Origin: Octopus sinensis
Lineage: Eukaryota
Assembly (NCBI RefSeq): GCF_006345805.1
Contig: NC_042999.1
Location: 116,126,001 to 116,190,000, forward strand
Direction of reading: 5' to 3'
DNA length: 64,000 nt
Of the stretch, positions 14,054-27,240 are shown one piece after another. The position numbers were made by a program, and so were the translations under genes. The notes below the pieces were generated by a model. It was not told the origin of the DNA. It ran no database searches and saw only the letters and a program-made list of their open reading frames with translations. The first letter of the stretch is position 1; every line of letters begins with the position of its first letter.

Positions 14054-14179
14054 ATACTGAAAGGATCTATACAGAGGTCACTGATGAGATATGTAGTGAG
14101 TATGGCAAGAAATTCACATGGGAAGTTAAAGTGAAACTAATGGGTCAGAGGGAACGTGATGCTGCAAAAATCGTAATTG
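14054..14179 (+). CDS. PUDP: Internal coding exon A of pseudouridine-5'-phosphatase (HAD-like hydrolase HDHD1)
   Basis: tttcag|ATACTGAAAGG...ATCGTAATTG|gtaagt; 126 nt, phase 1 to phase 1. Encodes (D)TERIYTEVTDEICSEYGKKFTWEVKVKLMGQRERDAAKIVI, matching the HDHD1 segment just after the DxD motif (human [41 protein letters not shown], recalled from memory). Confidence 0.93.
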
Positions 14180-14524
14180 GTAAGTGGAAATGTTATCATT
14201 TACATTTATAAATATATAAAGGCACATGGGGGACTTGACGTGTGATATTGGTTGGTTGACCTGACTGGAAAGACATCTAAAACAATCCTTATAATGCACT
14301 CTGTCATGCTATTTTTTAAATAGACTGTGCACTATAACTAGAGTTATCCTCCCATTGCAGTGTTTCTCTTTAGGGTTTTTGTGTGGATCCAAAAATGGGT
14401 GAGGTGGACAAATTGCCATTTTAATATAATTAAGATTGTTTTAAACGTTTAAACTTGCCTGAGACCATCATGAAGAAGAATTATGTGGCTACATATATTT
14501 TCTCTCTTTTCATTAATAAAGAAC

Positions 14525-15090
14525 AACAGGTAGAAATTCCATACAGTGCACCCAATGTGGACTACAGGTGCACAAGAGGTGCAATGGAATCACAGTAAGG
14601 TTAACAGGGAAATTAAATTTTGTATGTGGCAGATGTGCAGGAGCAGCAAACAGGAAGAACATTTTTCAAATGTCTAGGAGTCTTCCTAGAGATAGTAGAT
14701 AGTTTCTGTTACCCAATTAGCAATGGAGGTGGATGTTCTGAAAGTATAGTTGTCAGAGTAAGAACAGTGTAGAGTTAGTTTAGCAGGTTATTGCTTCTGA
14801 TAGTAACAAAAGGTCTCTCTCATAGTGAAAGCAGATTGTATGATGTTTGTGTACAAACAGCAATGTTGCATGGTAGTGAGAAGTTGGCCCTGAAAGGAGA
14901 GAACAGCTGATCATGAACATGGATAAGGACTCCTGATGTGAATGGAACCAGTAGATGAGGGAGACCCAGTAAGACATGGATTGAAGTAGTGAAAGCAGAT
15001 CTCAGGATGTTGAGTCTCACAGAGGGGATGACTAAGAATGAAGGTGATTGACACTTCACCGTATTTAAGAAGACCCATCTGTTATGTCTG
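14525..15090 (+). mobile_element. RTE-clade LINE ORF remnant; the pyrimidine-rich tract to about 15960 may be its 3' region
   Basis: Decayed frames resembling GRNSIQCTQC..VHKRC, EIVDSFCY, ITKGLS, AMLHGSE and WIEVVKADLRMLSLTEGMTK. Confidence 0.75.
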
Positions 15091-15969
15091 TTACAGTAAA
15101 ACTAAGGTCCTAAAAGCATAATATTTATATATATATATATATATATATACATCCTTCATCTGTTCCTGTCATGCCTTCCCTACTTTCCCATCTTTCTATT
15201 ACCCACCCCACCATCACACTTCTAACTACAACTCTATTCAGTTGCTATAATCATATTTCAAACAACACATTTCATCCCCTTTTATGCTACCAGTTATCCC
15301 TCTTTCTGGAACCACTTCCTTTTGACATGCATTCTTCATTCTCTGCATCATCCCTTTCTTCTTTATTTTCCACTGATCACCCTTTCTGTATCACCAGTTA
15401 TCTCTCCCTTAATTCTGGAGCTACATCTTATGGCTGCCATATCTCATTCCTAACCCCCTTTCATATCTGCCATTGACCATTTCCCACCTTTATTTGCCAC
15501 TCACAGTATCCACCCCTCCATCTTTGTCACTGTACATATCCCCCCCTCTCTCTCTTTCCATTTCTCTCTTCATTCATGCATCTCCACAACTATCTCCCTT
15601 TTTCTCATCTATCTACAGTTTTATTATTCTGCTATTCTCTATCCTTTTTGTACTGCCTTCTTCCTGAGTTACTTCTGTTTCTTATGATCTCCTCCCCAAC
15701 TCATATCTGTCATTGACTATGTTCCCATCCTTGTTCACCATTTATTACATTTAATTCCATTCCCCTCTCAAGCTGTCTGTCATTCTCCTCCAACACTCTT
15801 GTGAACTTAGATAGCCACTCTTTCCAATCCTTTGTTCTTACTCTCTCTTCTACTCACCTTCTTCTACCATGAAATTATGCCCCAATACCTTTTCACCACT
15901 ATTTTTATCCCTCTTTCTAACTATTCCCACCCACCCTTATATTGTAAAGAGTATCCATGTTCTCCTCTG

Positions 15970-16470
15970 TGGAGGTGCAATGACCCAGTGGTAGGGCAGT
16001 GGACTCGCGGTAATAGGATCGCGGTTTCGATTCCCAGATCGGGCATTGTGAGTGTTTATTGAGCGAAAACACCTAAAGCTCCACGAGGCTCCAGCAGGGG
16101 GTGGTAGTGAACCCTGCTGTACTCTTTCATCACAACTTTCTCTCACTCTTTCTTAGTGTTTCTGTTGTACCTGTATTTCAAAGGGGCAGCCTTGTCACGC
16201 TGAATCTCCCTGAGAACTACGTTAAGGATACACATGTTCTGGAGTGCTCAGCCACTTGCACGTTAATAAATGAGCTGCGACATCACTGGTGCCAAGCTGT
16301 ATTGGCCTTTGCTTTTCCTTTGTATAACATCAGTGGCATAGAGAGGGGAGGCTGGTATGCATGGGCGACTGCTGGTCTTCCATAAACAACCTTGCCTGGA
16401 CTTGTGCCTCAGAGGGTAACTTTCTAGGTGCAATCCCATGGTCATTCATGACCGAAGGGTGTCACAACAA
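15970..16470 (+). mobile_element. Long tRNA-derived SINE, family C
   Basis: A box TGACCCAGTGG, B box GGTTTCGATTCC. The body (CTGAATCTCCCTGAGAACTACGTTAAGG, GCTCAGCCACTTGCAC) is shared with 10480-10760 (+), 36160-36480 (+), 40430-40745 (-), 55130-55350 (-) and 62230-62540 (-). Confidence 0.78.
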
Positions 16471-19329
16471 TCCATGTTCTCCTCTATAGTGAGATATCTG
16501 ATCCTGTCCTTCTGACATTCTTTAACCTCTCAACACTTGGCATAAAGCCACTGCCCTCTCTACTACGCTCCCACTCAGATGAATGTTCTTTTTTATTTTG
16601 TGGGTTCTCACTGGTGCTAGTATCATGAAAAGAAAGCATCCAGTACACAATGTAAAGTAGTTGGCATTAGGAAGGATATCCAGCCATTGAAATCTTGCAA
16701 ATGTAGACACTGGAGCTCAACAAAGTTCTCCTGCATGCCTGATCCTACTAAGCCACCTAACCCATTCCACCATGGAAAAGAGACATTAAATTATGATTGT
16801 GGTGGTGATGATGGTGGAGATAAAAATTTTTCTTCTTTTTTTTTTGAGGAGACCTTGGATTTATCAGTTTGAAAACCACTGTTGTATATCCTTAAGTAAC
16901 TTAGGCTCTTAATTCAGTAAGGCTTTTTTAAGTATGATATTTCTTTAGTGTTCATCAAATCCTTAGAGATAGCTATTTTTACTGATTATAGAATGGTTGA
17001 ATGGCCGAAAGAGAAAGAACTGTTCCACTATATGATAAATTTGGAAGGCTAAGCATCAAGTAGGAAGACAGAAGAAAAAAAAAATGAATGAAAGAACAAA
17101 GACAAAATGTAAACAGAAATACTCTTAAAAATGTATATTTATGCCTGTGTATGTATGTATTTATGTGTGTGCACATAGCCTTGTGTGTATATGTATATAT
17201 TTCGTATTTATGCCTGTGAACATGTAAAGAGTAAGAAAAAGGAGTTGGTTATTGAGAGATATACAATCTTTCTTAATCACTGAGTTCTAAGATTATAAAA
17301 CAAACGGGTTTTGGTTTACAGTTATATGATGAAGTTTCATTGGCTATGTATACTTGCATAGGGTGCACTAGTGTGTGTGAGTGTGTGTGTGTATGTAGCT
17401 GCTATTGTCCCTTAGAGCCAGCTGAAAGGTTTCCCTGTCAAAACAATGAAATGTCAGATGACATCTCTGGGGTGCAGAAGTGGAAGACAATCAACTTGGT
17501 GAAGACCCTGTGTAGACAGCTGAACTAACAAAAGTAGACATAACTTCAGTATACCATCATCTTTGTCGGAGTTCACTCAGTGTTTTCTTCTCTGGAACTA
17601 ACCAAAATTATAAAGGAGCAGTGTTGGAGGTAGAGGAAATAGTATGAGAAATTCTAGACATGATCTCATTTGCTTGTTTTTATTTTACTTAAAACAATGA
17701 CCATTATCTGATCAGCTCCTTAGTGTAAATGCTACAGTTTCTATTATTACATGTGGCATTTAATGCCCTCTGTGGTCCTGGATAAAGATGGTGTCCATGT
17801 ATAATTTCACTGAGTCCTTTTTCTTACATTGTATCGTTTTGTTATTAAGATTTTCTTTGAAAAACCTGTTCTGATTCAATGCTAGAGTTTGTCCTCAAAA
17901 TGATAAATAGTAAAGCTATGTTTTCAATTACACAGGCACAACCTTCAGATGGCATTGGTTTTGTTGACTGTTGTTTCGAAATAGGTGTGAGCATCATTCC
18001 CATCCCATATTGCCTCTAGAGAAATAAAAGGTTAAGTCAACCTTCACTAGAATCTGTTACCATAACATACAGTTTGAAAGGAAAAAAAATATTTATACAA
18101 GTCATAGAAAAATAATGTTTATTCCAATATTTGTGTTTCAGTTTAATCAATAATAGCATAAGTTGGATGAGTTTAATAATTTAGACATTTGCTATAATAT
18201 TTGATTCTCGTACATCAGAGTTGAATGCAGGATATATTTAGTTTCCTTTCCCTATACTTTCAGATTAAATTCAGTTGGAGTCAGTTTTGACTTTCATTCT
18301 TTAAGTGATGTTAAGATATTTATCATTACTATACTGGGGTTTATTCAATCTATTATACACCTTCTGAAAAAACAGTACTTGCTTGAAAGAAATCAATGTT
18401 TAAAGCAGATTGAAGTAACTATGTAAATTACATGGTTGATATCATTATATCAACTGAAGAACTTAATGTAAAGTTAATTAACATTATGGCCATTTGAAAA
18501 TTAGCAATTAACTTTGTATCTTTGCTAGAAGCACCTGTGAAATGAGATTGATAGTTAATTCAGATAGGTTGACATGGGCCTAGGAAGAGTGGATGCAGGG
18601 GGTGCTAGCACGCCTAAAACTTTTGTGGAGTACAAAATCCAAATTTGCACCATTTCTTACTTCTATCAGGTTTATAAAACAGTGTGTAAAAATTGATCTG
18701 TAAAAAGTAGCTTGAAGTTAGGTTTCTTCTCAAAGAACAAAAATAAATACGAAAAAAAAAACAATTGGACCTTGTTTGTAAAAATTTTGGACCTGGGTTT
18801 GCACCACCTAAAAAATTTTTTTTTTCCCAAGCCAGTGTAGGAAAGTGGGAGCAATGTGTGCTAATTTAGCTTGGAGAAGAAACTCAGTGACTTGAGTGGT
18901 TATGGTACTGAACTATATCAGTGTAAATCAAGACATTGTTGGTGAAAAGTGTGCATGGAATGATGGTGGCACTTTCATGCTTACTGACTGAGGCACAAAA
19001 GTGTGAAGCTTTTTCTTGTATGATTACTAATATATACAATGAAAGACTTTTAAGTTGGTACTTGTTCTTATGGACATTCAGCAAGTGAATGAATGAATAC
19101 TTTTGAAAATGTAGGGAATCATTTAATTCTACTTGCCTTTATTTATCTTAGAAATAGGTACCTTGAAGATTTTATTGAGGGATAAATACAATTTATAGGC
19201 TTATTCCTTAATAACTGGGCAGATGCTGTGTACACCCAACAGCTTGAAAATGAATACATTTTGAATTAACTTAATATAAACCAAAGAAGCTTTTTACCAT
19301 ATCTATCTATCTATCTATATATCTATCTA

Positions 19330-19396
<67 letters not shown>

Positions 19397-19908
19397 ATAT
19401 ATAGTTATAATAATAATAATATTAGGGAGTAAATCCAAACTTACAGGAAAAAATTAGATTTAGGATTAAATCTAATTTTACTGGAAGAGATGTCTTCCTG
19501 CGGCTATAAACATCAGTAGCACTGTCCCATATAGGACACCACACTTAGTTGGCAATTAAATGTTATGATTCCATATTGCTACTGTTTATATCTCGCTCAG
19601 AGATTTAATATAATACTTGGCATATATAGATTAAAGCAGAAATGAAAAGGCAAGCAATTTGACAAGATTTTACAATGTCTTTGCCAAACAGTTTGCCTTT
19701 TCATTTCTGGTTTAATCTATACCTACTGGCTCAAGGAGAAGCCACTTCTAGCTACTTTAGGAAGGCAGTTACAAAATCTCACGTTCAACTGCAATCTAAA
19801 CTGGAATTTTAGTGGCTTACCAATTTGAGCACTCTGAGTGCATGCCTACTAGTGTGAATCACCCTGACAAAGACTCCTCGTATAATTTATGTGTGTGTGT
19901 GTGTGTGT

Positions 19909-20123
19909 GAGAGGCGCTGAAAAGTTCTTGGCTTTGGGCAAAAGAAAACACTGGGGGATCAGTTAATTATGATTTTATTGAACATATTCCCCTCTCAGAA
20001 TCACACACTTATTGCAGCAGTCCATCAGTTATTTCTAAGCCCTGTAAAAGAACTAGAATGGTTGAACCCCCAACCAGGCCTTTCGCAATACCCTTAAAGC
20101 CAGGAACTTTTCAGTACAGAGTA
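19909..20123. mobile_element. Mariner-derived MITE
   Basis: Ends GCTGAAAAGTTCTTGGCTTT and AAAGCCAGGAACTTTTCAGT are inverted; the outer bases are decayed. Confidence 0.6.
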
Positions 20124-20528
20124 ATTAGTGAGAGATTATCAATCTGAGAAAAATACTTTATAAGCTATCTGTTAGTACACCAAGTTAACAATATTGTTGA
20201 GATTAGTAAAGAACTCCAAGTATTCTTGGGACATCACCATTCTATATAGTAAATCCGTGGCTGTGCTCCAATTATACTGGTTTTTACACAGGGTGCTATA
20301 CAAGACAGGATATAAATAATGGTCATTACATAATTTTCTTTATTGTAGTAAATTTGACTTGCAGCTGTTTCCAGTAGTCATTATAGATTAGTTATTGATA
20401 AATTTACTCAATTGACCCCAGTGCTCAGTTGAGAAAAATTGAACGACCTAAAAATTAATGCTACTTTTGTCAGAATAATTTCTAGCTATATATAGATATG
20501 TGTGTGTGTTTGTTTACATTGGTTATAT

Positions 20529-21245
20529 CATCATCATCATCATCATCGTTTAACGTCCGCTTTCCATGCTAGCATGGGTTGGACAGTTCAACTGGGGTCT
20601 GGGGAGCCCGAAGGCTGCACCAGGCCAGTCAGATCTGGCAGTGTTTCTACAGCTGGATGCCCTTCCTAACGCCAACCACTCCGAGAGTGTAGTGGGTGAT
20701 TTTATGTGCCACCGACACAGGTGCCAGACGAGGCTGGCGAACGGCCACGCTTGGATGGTGTTTTTTATGTGCCACCGACACACATCATCATCATCATCAT
20801 CATTTAACATCCGCTTTCCATGCTAGCATGGGTTGGACGGTTCAACTGGGGTCTGGGGAGCCCGAAAGCTGCACCAGTCCAGTCAGATCTGGCAGTGTTT
20901 CTACAGCTGGATGCCCTTCCTAACGCCAACCACTCCGAGAGTGTAGTGGGTGATTTTATGTGCCACCGACACAGGTGCCAGACGAGGCTGGCAAACGGCC
21001 ACGCTCGGATGGTGTTTTTTATGTGCCACCGACACAGGTGCCAGACGAGGCTGGCAGACGGCCACGCTCGGATGGTGTTTTTATGTGCCACCGACACAGG
21101 TGCCAGATGAGGCTGGCAAAACGGCCACGATCGGATGGTGCTTGTTACGTGCCCACAGCACGGAGGCCAGTCGATGCGGTACTGGCTACGGCCACGTTCG
21201 GATGGTTTTCTTGTGTGCCACGTGCCACCGGCACTGGTACCACAA
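20529..21245 (-). mobile_element. Two tandem RTE 3'-UTR copies (254-bp period) with internal 62-64 bp tandem repeats
   Basis: (CAT)n-CGTTTAACGTCCGCTTTCCATGCTAGCATGGGTTGG occurs twice. The unit ATGTGCCACCGACACAGGTGCCAGACGAGGCTGGCA..CGGCCACG starts at 20958, 21021, 21083 and (degenerate) 21147. Confidence 0.8.
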
Positions 21246-21477
21246 AGATACAAATTCCATTGATGTTCATCTATTTTGATTATATATATATATATATATA
21301 TGGTTAATGAATATGCAGTTTTCTCTCTAAATGCTTTTGTAATAAATTCAAGACATTTTGTATTTCAAACCAGTTGCCTCAGAAATAGGTACCACTCTTA
21401 TGCAGAGGAGTTGTTGGTGATCATAGTGAAAGTCCTCGTGATTTACTCCAAACATTATCTCAATTTCCTGAACTATC

Positions 21478-21691
21478 AAAGCAGCGAGCTAGCAGAAACA
21501 TTAGCATGGCAGGTGGAATGCTTATCCGTATTTTGTCTGTCTTTACGTTCTGAGTTCAAATTCTGCCGAAGTTGACTTTGCCTTTCATCCTTTCTGGGTC
21601 GATAAATTAAGTACCAGTTGCGTACTGAGGTTGATCTAATTGACTGGTCTCTTCCCCCAAAATTTTGGGCCTTGTGCCTAGAGTAGAAAAG
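21478..21691 (+). mobile_element. SINE family B, 214 bp, with a perfect 16-bp TSD
   Basis: AATTTCCTGAACTATC at 21462-21477 and 21692-21707 brackets GAGCTAGCAGAAAC...GAGTTCAAATTCTGCCGAAGTTGACTTTGCCTTTCATCC...CTTGTGCCTAGAGTAGAAAAG. Confidence 0.88.
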
Positions 21692-22102
21692 AATTTCCTG
21701 AACTATCCTATTTATATAAGGTAGAAATAAAAAAAAAATAACACCTGAAAAATTATCATGAAGTGAAAATGATATAAGGATATTGAATTCATTTACTATT
21801 AACTTAAAAATCATATGTCAATTATATGGTTGGTGTAATTATATTGAGTATGGAACTTTACAGGAATCCCAATTTTATGGTAATTGGAAAACAAATTTAC
21901 AGAAATCCCATACATGAAGCCTGTGAAAGCTCCTATGCTCTTAAAGTCTATATATTATTGTTTGGCTTTACTTTTCAAATATTTAAATCAATATGGTGTT
22001 TTCTTATTTTGCTATTAAACTTTGGCACAATGACCCAAATTTATAAGGAATGGTTTAGTTGATTTAATTACCCACAGAGCATTAATGGTACTTCATCATC
22101 AT

Positions 22103-22480
22103 CATCGTTTAACATCCACTTTCCATGCTGGCATGGGTTGGATGGTTTGACTGAGAACTGACAAGCCAGGAGGCTGCACCAGGCTCCAATTTGATCTGGC
22201 AAGATTTGTACAGCTTGATGTCCTTCCTAATGCCAACCACTCCGAGAGTGTAGTGGGTGCTTTTTACATACCACTGGCACAGGGGCCAGTCAGGTGGCAC
22301 TGGCATCAACCACACACAAATGGTGTTTTTATGTGCCACCAGCATGGGAGCCAGTCCAGCAGCACTGGCATTGACCATGCTCGAATGGTACTTTTTACAT
22401 GCCACTGGCATGGGTTTCAGCCAGGCGGTACTGGCATCGGCCACAACAACAATTTCACTTGACTCAACAGGTCTTATAGA
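22103..22480 (-). mobile_element. RTE LINE 3'-UTR fragment
   Basis: Same family sequence as 20529-21245. Further copies: about 4820-5210 (+), 6080-6600 (-), 12850-13150 (+), 16600-16810 (+), 25195-25392 (-), 32455-32605 (-) and 63160-63376 (+). Confidence 0.75.
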
Positions 22481-23195
22481 TGAGAGTTAAAGACAACTCT
22501 GTTTGTAGGAACATAACCATGTAGTCTAGCCTCCTCCTTTCTAATAATGATTTATGTTTTCCTAATATATTGGCATGGCTCTATCATTAGGATGTTGTTG
22601 ATTTCACCACCATGTAGCTTTTGGTTTAGTCCCACTGCATGGCACTATGGGTAATTGTCTTCTACCATAGCCTCAAGTTGATCAGTGCTTTGTTAGAGAA
22701 ATTTTGTAGGCAGAAACTTATGGAAGTCACTCTCACCCACACACACACACACACATATATATACAAGGACATATACACACACATGTGTATGTATATATAT
22801 ATATATGTATATTCTTTTACTTCAGTCATTTAACTGTGGCCATGCTGGATCACTGCCTTGAAGGATTTTAGTCACAAAATTCAACCCCCAGAACTTATTT
22901 TTTAAGCCTGGTACTTATTCTATCAGTTTCTTTTTGCCAAACTGCAAAGTTACAGGGATGTAAGCACACCAACACTGGTTGTCAAGCAGTGATGGGGAGA
23001 CACACAGATGCAAAGACACACACATATATATATACAATGAGCTTCTTTCAGTTTCTGTCTATCAAATCCACTCACAAGGCTTTGGTCAGCTCGAGGCTAT
23101 AGTAGAAAACACTTGTCCAAGGTGCTATGCAGTGGGACTGAACCTGGAACCATGTGGTTGGGAGGCAAGCTTCTTGCCACACAGCCACACCTGTG

Positions 23196-23237
<42 letters not shown>

Positions 23238-23524
23238 GTGTGTGTGTGTGTGTGTGTATACTGTTTGCTTTTTGATAAGATCATCGGAAAAGCACTCAGT
23301 TCAGTGAAAGATAAATATCACCTAATGAATCCAGGAGTTATATGTTAGCTGCTTCATGTTTCATGCTCAGACTATGCAGTAATCAGACAAGCTTGTATGG
23401 CATATTGTGCACAATTTGGGAATTATTCAGGCTCAAAATAATGTGAGAAATGTGAGAAAAAATTAGAAAAAAAAATACACTTCTTTGATTTAATAAGGAT
23501 GTGTGTTCCTTTGGTTATACTGAG

Positions 23525-23800
23525 CTTACACATTTTTGCCCATTGACGTATGGTCTAGGTTTTTCTATGATGCTCCACTTAATGCAGTGTGGTTCCAGGT
23601 ATGGCTTGCTGACTTTGTGCTTCATCTTTTTCCTACATGTTTGAAAGAAATAATGGTGGTTGGTACATCTCTTATTGAAATCACCTTCACGCTGTCCAGT
23701 ATATTTTTTTTTGTTTTGGTTTCCTCATTTGATGAAATGGAACTGACCTTGACTTTGTGGCTGTTTTAGTTGACACTGGTTGGGTGCCTCACAATTCCTT
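23525..23800 (-). mobile_element. Penelope-like GIY-YIG endonuclease remnant
   Basis: One open frame, YTGQREGDFNKRCTNHHYFF...CIKWSIIEKPRPYVNGQKC, matches the PLE endonuclease pattern YIGxTExxFKxRYxNH...IKWxIxxKAxPYxNG. Confidence 0.65.
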
Positions 23801-25394
23801 ACATAGTTGTAGAAAGGTAAATAGCGGGAACAAGAATCTCCGAACAAATAACAATAATAATTTATTTTCGCCGAAATAAGCATTTCATCTCTGGACATCG
23901 GTAACCTGGACGCCAGGGTGGAAGCGGCAGAGTTGGTTGACTCACTAATGTGAAGGCATTCTTCACAGATTTGCCTAATCGTGGTTCACCTTCACATGGA
24001 GCTCGATCGTTGTGTCTAGCTCAGTCAGTGGCAGGAATGAAGAGAGCGAATACTGGTCAAGCCTAGCTTCCTTTTACCCTTTTTTTGCCTCCACATTTCC
24101 TGTGTTATTTTGAGCCCGAATGATTGCTAGATTGTGCAAGCCCATCTGATTACTACACTATCTGAGCCTGAAACTTGAAGAAGATCATGTTTCATTCCTG
24201 TATTCATACCTTGGATTATATTCTGCATGAGCAATATGCCCTGTAGTGGTAGTTCAATGTGAAAAATCATAAGAAGAGTCTCTGGCTGTAGAATACTGCC
24301 TCAAAAAATGTCTTATCCAGTTCATGTTAGCAAGAAAAATGTGGACATAAAAGCAATGATGTTGAGGATGTTTAATATAAGTATAACTTAATTTTAGATG
24401 TCTTTCTAATTAAGACATGATTGTAAATGGGATCATGAGACATATTCAAATTAGTTATTGAAATGTAGGTCATGACCTACAATTGGTCATGATCTACTTT
24501 CTTCAAGTATAGTTAGTTTTGTAATTTTTAAATACTGACCTATTTCCAAAGAAGGTTAATGATGTAGGGAAATCTATTGAAAAGGATCGGTCCATACATA
24601 TAAAGCTGGATAACTCACATTAGAGCTTAAACTCAACTTTGCTTGTATTCGGAATATATGTTACGTTGGATACATGCAGTCTGCCAACCCAAAGTTACAA
24701 GGTTCAGTATTTGTTAACGATTGCTTTCTTTTTATTTTATTTTATTTTATATTATTAAATAAATAAAATAACAGTAACTTTATTGAGGAAAAGGTGGTGG
24801 CAATATCAATCACTCTTCTGATCAAATCTTAGAAACTGTTTTCTCTGGTTTGCACAAATTTGCTCATAGTCTCTCTCATTTACTACTCCTATTTGTAGTG
24901 TTACCTTTTTATTTTGGTGAGGGGAAGATTTGAACTTGATACACACAGAATAAGTGTGTACCACCTATTCTATACTGCAAATAGGTACCATGAGTCATGT
25001 TATTTGATGCTCTGATAGTTGTACTAGCCCACCACTCCACTCTGGACCGATACTCATTGTTATCAAACCTGAGAAGATGAAAGACAAAACTGACTTCAGT
25101 GGAAATTGAACTCAGAGAGTAGGGATTTGGAATAAATATCATGAAGCATTTTATCCAACATGCTAATGATGCTGTTAATTTTCAGCTATTATTGTGATCA
25201 TCATCATCATCATTTACTGTCTGTTTTCCATGCTGACTTGGGCTGGATGGTTTGACAAGATCCAGCAAGCTGCAGGATTGCATCAAGCTCCAATGCCTGC
25301 TTTGGCATGGCTTCTACAGCTAGATGCCCTTTCTAATGCCAGCCACTCTACAGTATGTTCTTGGTGCTTTTTTGTGCAATCAACATATAAATTA

Positions 25395-26690
25395 TGAGGG
25401 GCGTTCAATAAGTAATGCCCCTGACCCACTTCCCATAGCAGTAGAGCAACGAAACTTGGCATAGTTATTAGTCTTTTTCTACATAGGAACCACCCAGAGT
25501 TACGCATTTCTCCCATCGTTTGATACAGCTCTGGAGACCGTTTTTGCAGAAGACCCCAGCTTGGTCCTCCAACCACGACGTGACTTCAGAAATCAAGGCT
25601 GCATCATCTGGGAAACGCTTTCCTTTCAAAAACAACTTCATGGCTGGGAAGAGGTGAAAATCAGAGGGTGCAAGGTCAGGAGAGTAGGGAGGATGGGGGA
25701 GGAGTTCATAGCCGCACGCCTGTGCTTCTGATCTGGTGACATGCGAGTTGTGGATCGGAGCGTTGTCCTGCAGGAGGAGGATGCCTTTGCTGATCTTGCC
25801 CCGCCTCTTGATTTTGATAGCTTCTCTTAATTTCATCAAAAGTGAAGCATAATAGGCTCCTGTAATTGTGGTACCCTTTGCCAGGAAATCTGTCATCACT
25901 ACTCCGTCCTGCTCCCAGAAGACTGTGAGCATGACCTTGCCAGCGGAGGGCTGCACCCTTGCCTTCTTTGGAGGAGGTGAGTCATGGTGCTTCCACTGCA
26001 TTGACTGGGCTTTGGTCTCTGGATCATAGTGATGGACCCAGGTTTCATCCTGTGTAATCAGTCTTTTGAAAAATTTTGACTCATCTTCTTGGCACATCTC
26101 CAAATTCATCCTCGAGCGCTCAACGCGTTCTTGCTTCTGGAAAGGTGTGAGCAACCTGGGAATCCATCTGCCAGACACCTTTTGCTTATGCAAATGGTCA
26201 TGAATGATAGTTTCCACGGACTCGGTACTAATCTTGACCTCATGAGCTATTTGGCAAATAGTTATGCGTCGATCTTCCAAAATGGCAGCCTCAACTTGAC
26301 GGACAACTGCCTCATCAATGGCAGAAGGGTGGGGGCGACCAGATCTGGGAGCTATTTCCACAGAGTTCCGACCATGTTTGAATTCACGATGCCAGCGTTT
26401 TACAAGGTCATATGATGGGGCATCATCACCATAAGTTACTTTCATTTCATCAAAAGTCTCCTATTGTGTACGTCCTTTCAAATACAAAAACCGGATCACT
26501 GCTCGACACTCAACAGGCTCCATTTCACACTTGACTCAGTTCAAACACCTGTAAATCAGAAACCACAATTAATTCAGAGCTGTAATTTGCCACTTAATCT
26601 ATAAAGATATAAATAATTGCACATGCAAAATTTCAGCTAGATCAAACAACTGCAAGTGGGTCAGGGGCATTACTTATTGAACGTCCCTCG
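25395..26690 (-). mobile_element. Full-length mariner (Tc1/mariner, DD34D) DNA transposon, 1296 bp
   Basis: TIRs of about 37 bp: (T/C)GAGGG(G/A)CGTTCAATAAGTAATGCCCCTGACCCACTT at both ends with 2 mismatches. TA duplicated at 25393-25394 and 26691-26692. Internal transposase ORF. Confidence 0.96.
25468..26523 (-). pseudogene. Mariner transposase, 351 codons, with one premature stop at codon 21
   Basis: ATG at 26523 gives MEPVECRAVIRFLYLKGRTQ*ETFDEMKVTYG..., with TAG at 26461-26463. The remainder is the uninterrupted 325-aa ORF in the track: WIPRLL, QDETW, QDNAP, HPPYSPDLAPSD. Exactly 34 residues separate the second and third catalytic Asp. Confidence 0.93.
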
Positions 26691-27147
26691 TACATTTACA
26701 TAGTGAATATTACATTTAGAGAAAAATTAATGAAATTCTTTGGAGGAAAGTTAATGAAATTAGCTTGAACTGAGATTTAAAACTGTATTGCCAGTTGGTA
26801 TTGGTTTCTTTTCCTTTTTTTTTTCTTTTAATTCTTATTCTATGGTGCTTGCCCGTTTATCAAAGAATTGAAGAATTTCCTCTGTTTTTTCACAAAACTC
26901 TTTTCAAAACTTGGTCATTTTAGTTGATGCAATATATATTTTGTATTTATTTTCAAATTTCACTTTGAGGAAAATTTAAAACCACTTTGGTAGAATTTGA
27001 ACATTGATGCATGAAGTACCAAACTGAATAATATATATTTTTTAACCTATGCCTTTTTTTTTTATACCAAAACTTTCCATCCTATTTATCTAAAAACATA
27101 TAATCCTTTGTATATGATTGTCATTTATTTTCTGTCATTTTCTTCAG

Positions 27148-27240
27148 ATGAACTCCAGCTTCCTTTGACCGTTGACGAATGTATACAAAAAGTATCTGTA
27201 CTACAAAAGAAAGCTTTTCCTAATGTTCCTCTTTTACCAG
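27148..27240 (+). CDS. PUDP: Internal coding exon B of pseudouridine-5'-phosphatase (cap domain)
   Basis: tttcttcag|ATGAACTCCAG...CTTTTACCAG|gtaatg; 93 nt, phase 1 to phase 1. Encodes (D)ELQLPLTVDECIQKVSVLQKKAFPNVPLLP(G), in frame with exons A and C (human [32 protein letters not shown], from memory). Confidence 0.9.

Noticed and set aside
14075-14115. CTGATGAG...GAAA inside exon A as a hammerhead
   Set aside because: No stem II or stem I complementarity; explained by the coding sequence TDEI.
26089-26415. 108-aa + strand ORF
   Set aside because: An antisense shadow of the mariner transposase.
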